64,000 nt of DNA from the human T2T-CHM13v2.0 reference genome, Homo sapiens. The translations under genes were made by a program, and so were the position numbers. This document shows positions 56,979 to 64,000 of the stretch, one piece after another; the stretch's first letter is position 1; every line of letters begins with the position of its first letter. The notes beneath the pieces were generated by a model. The model saw only the letters and a list, made by a program, of their open reading frames with translations. It was not told the DNA's origin and did not search any database. The DNA is taken from NCBI RefSeq assembly GCF_009914755.1, contig NC_060942.1. One strand, written 5' to 3'.

Positions 56979-59900
56979 AGCATACGTTGAGATGACTTAT
57001 GCTAAAAAAAACCCACATTTCCCACTTCTGGTACTTCTTTTCATATGGAAAGATACTCATGCGATATAAGCCTTGACCCGGACCAGAGCTGCACCCCTCA
57101 AAGTTAAACAGAAAACATGAGAGCAGACAGCTCCGTCTTGCCTTGGATAATGGGAGATCATTAGACATTTCACTACTGGGCATGTTACTGGTTTTGATTA
57201 GATGCCTTAGTTTGTTGATTTTTTACTATAAATTGGTATTTAATTTTGTTAAATAATTTCTGCACCTTTTCTTTATGGGGTAAATGGCAATGATTTAGTT
57301 TTGAAGGTTAAATCCACTTTGCGGTGCTGAGATAAGCTTTATTTGATCATGATGCATTATTCTTTTTTTGCGTATTGCTCATTTCAATTTGCATCTATAT
57401 TTTCTGAAAGTGTTTTCTTGATTTGGTGTTAAGGTATGCTGCTTTTATAAATTGAGGGGAAATAGTTCTGTCTTTATCTAACTCCCGAAATACATTGTGT
57501 AACAGTGGTGTTATTTCTTCCTTAGATGTTTCATATAATTCACTAGTGAAGAATTGGATATAGAGTCTCATTTTTGAAAGGAACTTTGATTTCATATCTT
57601 ACCTTAATAGATACAGAGCTATTCCAGATTTGTTATTTCTTCTTCAGTCATTTTGCTAAGTTACGTTTTTAAGGGATTTTGTCACATTATCTAAATTGCA
57701 GAATTTATTAGCATAAAGTTATTTATAATATTATTCTATTATATTAATAATTACAGCATCTGCAGTTATACCCTTTAATTAATATTAATGATTCTTTGTG
57801 ATATTTGATATTTATATTTTCCTGATGAATTCACCATTTTACCAACATTAAATGTCTCTCTTCATCTTAGAAAATCCACCTTGTGTTGAAGTCTATTTTG
57901 TCTGATATTAACGTAGCCACAGAAACTTTCCTATAATTCCTTCCTTTTCCTTATGGCTTCTGTAATTTATTTCTTACACTTCCTTTTATTTTCAACTTGT
58001 CTTGGTAGATTTGTATTTAAGGTTTGTCTCCATTGCAGAAAACATATAGTTGAATTTACATTTTTTCTAATTTGACAATCTCTGCTTTTTAAATAGTATT
58101 GTTTAATCCATTTATTATAACTTTATATGATTGAATTTGTCAATCATATTACTTTTTATTCTCTATTTTTCCCATCTTTTTTTGTATTCCTCACTTCCTC
58201 CTTCCTTGCCTTATTTTGTGTTAATCAAAATATTATATTTTAATTCTTCAGCTGAGTTTAGCTATATTCATTTATATAGCTAAATAATCACAAGAATTTT
58301 CTCCAACTTGGAAACAAATAATTTACAGATTCAAGAGTCTTGGCCAATAATAAGCAGACTAAATACAATGGGAGCCACACTGAGATGCATCAGAGTCAAA
58401 TTACTGAAAACCAAAGTGCCAGTGGTGGATTTAGGGACCTCACCGTGCATTTTTATGCTGTTGCTGTCTAATCTGAGTTAATATTGTACCTCCTCACATA
58501 AAACATAAGACGCTTAGAACGGTGTAACTCCACGTGTTTCCTCTGTTCTTGTCGTTTGACCCCTAAGACAATAAGACATTTTTTCTTTAAGAAATCTGTT
58601 GCCTCTTAAAGAAATTTAGGACAGTCTCCATATTTATATGCACAATCACCAGTTTTCCTTTTCTTCACTCCTTTCTATAGATCTGACTTTTCACATGGTG
58701 CTATTTTTTCCCAGCCTGAAGAACTTCCTTTAGCATTTTTTGTTAGTGCAGATTTACTGGTGATAAATGTTCCCACTTTTAGTGATCTCAAAATGTCCTT
58801 ATTTCAGATTCATTCATAAGGGATATTTTTGCTGGATATATAGTTATGAGTTTATTGCTTTTCTCTCTATTTAAATATAATAATCCCCTCTATTTTTGCC
58901 TTCATTATTTCTGCTGAAACGTCAGACATATTTTGCATCTCTGTTCCCCTGTATGTAATGTGAATTTTTCATCTTTAGCTGTTTTAATTATTTCTCTTCA
59001 TGCTTGTTTTAGAGTTCTTTCACCCAGAGGGGCCTGAAGCGTTTTGTTTTACTTTTGGTTTGTTTGTTGGTTTTGGTTCTGAGTTAAATAGCTGGCATGT
59101 GAAGGAGGCGTCATTGATGTCCATCATATTTCCTTTTGTTTGGTATCGCCCCAACGCTATCCTGAAAATGCTTTACAAATTAAGAGTTTGAAGCTCTACA
59201 TTTTATTTCAGTGATTCAGTCACTGAGGCTCAGAGTTTAAGTGATCTGCCCAATATAATAGCCATAAATTGTGGAAGTCTGGCTTTCATTATTTAACCAT
59301 TTCACACATTTTGAAAGAGGAAAAAATAGTAGTACCATAAATTTTATTTCGGAAAATAGAAGAAAAAGGAGGACTCTAAAAATGTCTGTTGTCCTTAATG
59401 AGACCTAACTTTGAGGTTTTTTACAATTTGCTATTTCATAAATAATAAGTGGGAAACTGTTTATTCAACAGAGTAGCTTGCCTACTTTTTAAAATTTGAA
59501 TTGACCCCACACTACTCTGCAATACAGGAAAAATAATTAGAATTATTCTGAATGTTATTTGCAATGCAATTAAAGAAGGATATAGTTTATGATTTTTATT
59601 TATTCAGATTTGATTTCCTGCAATAGGTTGTATCCATCAAAACTAGTTTAATATTGATATTTACTAGATAATTTATTTGTGCTCTTAACAATACCACTTT
59701 TGGTGCATTTCTTTGATATAAAATATTTAAATTTCTCTTTCTGTCTGCAGAGCCAGTTCAAGAAAAGGAAAGCACCCAGCTGAGAGCATCACGGGGTCTC
59801 CTCCGTGGTCCAGCGTAGGGGAGCTGTGGGTGGATGCCAGACTGTGTCATGCTGGTGTCATGCTACTGCCTTTGTGCCGGAGGCTCTTGTGGGAAGCCCT

Positions 59901-60812
59901 TTTGGCACCTCTCCTGAAGGCTGTGCATTCGTTCACCTCCCCTTTCCTATTGAGAAAGAGGATCTCAGGTCACAGGGAAGCAGAGTTTCTTCCACTCATA
60001 CAGGGAATAGAAAATACCGCCACCCTCCACTACCCCATACACATTGGCCTCCTACTGTATTGTACTATAAAACCATGTCTCTTCATTCTGGTCACTACAA
60101 TGGAAACCTCCTGTTAACTGAAATAAAGAGGGTAGGACTTGGACTAGAGGAGGGGAGATATTAAATCCTGCTCAGACTGTGCCATCCAAGACCTTAACCA
60201 GTAGGAATGTTTTTTGACCTCATGAGCCTATTTTCTTGTTTGTAAAAATAAGCATAATGACGTGGTTAACATATTATCTGAATGCCACAGGTAAGAGGCA
60301 TCCTGCCTCATCATTTGCCTGAACTCTCAGGATATTCAAAAATCCTCATTTCAGAATTCTTCTAGTGCTACAGTTACGTCCTCCTTCTTTCTGCCATGGA
60401 AACTGTCGTCACTAACCTCTACCCCTCACCCATGTTTGGGTCTCATTTGTGTCCCAGTAGTTTTTGTGTCAAATGTGGATGGTGCAGCTATTTTAGTCCT
60501 TAGATTAAAAGAGAGAGGTATTTTAGCTTTTAATGGAATCATTGAAAGAATAACCTCTGAGGAAGACATTTCAAAACAAATTAAAAATACTACAACTCAG
60601 TATAAGAATTTCATTTAGACTTTAAAATTAGCTGAATATATTCTGGCAGAATGATATTTATTTGTGGGACTCCTAACAGTCCTAACATATCTGTAGGGAC
60701 TTTCAAACACAGGACCAGTAAATGTGATATTCTCTAAGGTTATGAAACATAATAAAAAGATCCAAACACCTAAAAACACCAGCCTGTGCTATTCCTTTTT
60801 GCTGTTCTATTT

Positions 60813-60862
60813 ATCATCACCATCATCATCACCATCACAATCATCATCATCCCCATCATCAT
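60813..60862. repeat. (CAT)n degenerate trinucleotide repeat
   Basis: Directly visible. Confidence 0.85.
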
Positions 60863-61660
60863 TTTTGTGCAGCAATTATGAGAAAAAAACCTTATAAATA
60901 GAGTTTTCTGTTAACTTATATTGAAGGTGTTAGGTTTTCTAAAAGTTGGATAGACATCCAATGAAGCTAAGAGCTAGGCCATTTGTCCTATACTACCCAT
61001 CACAGATTTGATCTATCAATCATCAAATATCTTCTAAATGTCTGGGATTATGCTTTGTGAAGCCTGAGTGCTCTGGAGAGCTCTCAACTCAGTGAAATTC
61101 AATTTCCAATGTACATGTTGAGAATCTACCACATGCAAAAGACTGTCTAGATACCATTGAGAATACACAAAGCTGCAAAGCCTTCTTCTCAAGAGGAGTT
61201 TAATGTTTAAAAGGAGTGATGATATGTAAGCATTGGCCTAAAATTGTATATGACCCTCCAACTGTATATAACATGAAATCACAAGTGTCAGAGGGTCCGC
61301 AGCAGAGATTCTGTTTGTTCTTTAAAAAAATCATCAAAAGACATTGTTAAAAAATAAATAGGCAAGAAAAAAACCCAAATAAATTATTTAAGATACAGAT
61401 ATATCTGCCTAATGCTTGAAAGTTGAGCAACACAGTTTGGGGAAAAATATAGTTTCGGTTATAAAAGACTAGAACTTCACTCTCTGATTTTGTGATTTCA
61501 TTATAGAAATGGGCAAGTTCTTACAAAATTTAACATTGCCATTCTCACTAAATATTTTAAACATATTTAGTAACTTCTATTTTAATATCTTACATACTTG
61601 GTGAAGATTACTTGAGTATGAAGGCATCATTAGCCAGACAAATGATCAGAGCAAGGCTGC

Positions 61661-62023
61661 TGTATTTGTCTGTTCTCACATTCCCATAAGAAAATATCTG
61701 AGACTGGGCAATCTACAAAGAAAAGAGGTTTAATGGACTCTCACTTCTGCATGGCTGGTGAGTTCTTAGGAAACTTACTATCATGGCGGAAGGGGCTTCT
61801 TCACCTAGTGGCAGGAGAGAGAATGAGTGCCAGCAGGGGAAATGCCAGACACTTATAAAACCATCAGATCTCATGACAACTTACTTACTGTCATGAGAAC
61901 AGCATGGGGGAAACTGCCCCCATGATTCAATTACCTCCCACTGCATCCCTTCTATGACATGTGGGGTTTATGGGGATTATAATTTAAGATGAGATTTGGG
62001 TGGGGACACAGCCAAACACAGCA
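61661..62023 (-). mobile_element. THE1C/D MaLR solo LTR with 5-bp TSD
   Basis: CTTATAAAACCATCAGATCTC...GAGATTTGGGTGGGGACACAGCCAAAC. GCTGC at 61656-61660 and 62024-62028. Confidence 0.93.
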
Positions 62024-62470
62024 GCTGCCTATCTACATCCCTTGAACCTACTCTGCCCATATTTCTGTTATTTTTTCCCCAAGTTTCATATAACATAACA
62101 ACAGGATCACTTCCTAAGTCCCTCAGCAGAAAAAGTGGATTTGAAAACTGACTCTGGTGTGTACTTCTGTATAGAAGTCAAATTGCTTACTTTGATAGAC
62201 AATACGATTTCCTGCAGACACTAATGGTAAATATTGTAAACTAAGGATGTAAGCAGGTTTTAATCCTTTAAATTTATTCTCAGATAATGGAAATTGAACA
62301 AATAACAATTAATCATGTAGTTTGATTGCTTCTTGTCTGTAACTTATTGTTACTCAAGTTCATATTTTACAAACTGTAGTGTAAACAACATCGAACCTTT
62401 CTTGAAAAGCAGCTTCAGCTCAGATCTCATCTCAAACATCAAGAGCCTTGACTCCAAAATGGTGTGAATT

Positions 62471-62489
62471 GGCTGCCATCTGCTGGACC
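62471..62489 (-). promoter_or_regulatory. CTCF motif
   Basis: Minus strand GTCCAGCAGATGGCAGCC matches the core consensus and lies in unique DNA. Confidence 0.65.
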
Positions 62490-63139
62490 GGGACACGTAA
62501 AGGTGAATTCTAGGTTTTATTTAGCGTCCAGGAAAATCAAATCCCAGTCTCAAACAATATAGTCTTAATTAATTTCTCTGAGAATGTCAACATTTACATA
62601 TATTAAAGATTGAACTTAATTACAATTGCAATTTATTGATTGAGAAGGCACTTCACTATCTTCCAATGCATTCAAGATCATTACAAAATCCTGTTATAAA
62701 TCAGGGTGGAACATATCACAAGAAAATGACATATGAAATAATTTATATAAGGACTTTTAATATAAAATATCTTTAATACAAAGTATTGTATGTTTTGAGT
62801 GCATAATATATTTTAAAAGCCATTGTTAAATATTGTAAAGCATAAAAATACTCATCAGACGCAACAATCCATTTCTTTGTTGCATAGAAAAGAGGACTCT
62901 GAGGGAGTCAAGGTAAATCCAGGTAAACCCCAAGACAGTGCCACTGAGAAGGTGCCTTAAGTCAACAGCACAGATGTCATCTCTAGGGAGTGTGTGGGCC
63001 GGGGTTCGTGAGGACAATGGTCTTCAGCCTTGACACACGTGGATGTGTGGCTGGAGACCCCAAGTGGAATGGGTGGATTCCAGTGGTACACATCATAAGA
63101 AAAATCGTGGAGACTGAGGAGTTAGGAAATAAGTAGAGG

Positions 63140-63670
63140 GTCAGGTTAGCTGAAACACTGAGTGTGAACAGGGAGGTTGTTGGGAATAAAATGGGAGAGG
63201 TAGGTTGGGGCAGGTGCACGGAGGGGCTTGTAAATCACCACCAAGAGTTCAGGCTGCTGGAAGCTTCCAAGGTAAAGCTGGGATTCACTTAGACAAAAGG
63301 CAACTGAGTCGACAAACTGAACATCCTTGTTTGTAGAGAACATTTGTGCTACTTATTCAGCAGTTTCCATGACCCAGGCCATATTCTAACTGCAAGAACA
63401 CAGAGAAATAAGGAGCATCTCCTGCCCTCCAAGGCCTCCATTCTCAGAGCAGAGGCTTCTCGGTCAATGGCTCTGATGCATACACTGTGGCAGAGCAGAA
63501 ATGTGGACTCTGGAAACTACTGCAGGAACATGAGAAAGAAGCACCTGCCTCTGTCTGGAGATGTTGACCAAACTCCATATGACAGGTGCATCAGTCTAGG
63601 TGGGAAACGTAAGCAGAAGTGTTGCAAGCATAGAGGCCAGGGAAAGGCACCCTTGTGGCTCCAGATTTTG
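63140..63670 (-). mobile_element. L2 fragments
   Basis: GAGGGGCTTGTAAATCAC and AACATTTGTGCTACTTA...CCAGGCCATATTCTAA...CCTGCCCTCCAAGG. Confidence 0.55.
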
Positions 63671-64000
63671 TAATGTCACGGAGTCCTAGGTGTGTGGCTC
63701 AAGCCCAGGAACAAGTCCAGTGGAGTGGACGCCTGAGGGACTGCCATTAAATACACTCAATGTGTGTCAAAAAGTCTTGGGAGTAACACAGAGATGGTCC
63801 ACCACTTTGACACTTAAAACTGCGTATGAGTTAGGGAGGTACAGTTTAAAAATGCTGCTGGAGAGACAACCTGGGTTTAATTTAGAACTCTTCAGCACAC
63901 AGATGGCAATGAAGCCATCCAAGAGGTGAAACTGCATGTGTAAAAAATGCATTGCAGAGAAAGCAGCCCTGACTGCCATTTACTGGGAGTGGGTCAGGCA

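Overview
Primate (human-like) non-coding genomic DNA. I found no recognisable host protein-coding gene, rRNA, tRNA or CRISPR array, and I could not identify the locus. The only protein-like ORFs belong to a dead L1PA element (1-4197). The rest is interspersed repeats: 15 Alu copies or fragments, ERV1, ERVL and MaLR solo LTRs, L2, MIR, old L1M and DNA-transposon fragments. There are also several minisatellites and a few short CpG-rich patches. The best second-look items are: a near-perfect 33-bp-stem hairpin in unique DNA (24139-24223); a twin-primed L1 with a 17-bp TSD and a ~2.8-kb internal gap (39821-40266); a canonical minus-strand exon (12547-12741) between divergent CTCF motifs; a CRE/CCAAT/forkhead cluster (19393-19421); and two VNTRs. 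Repeat subfamily names come from my recall of consensus sequences, not from a database search. I see no evidence of a new multi-gene system.
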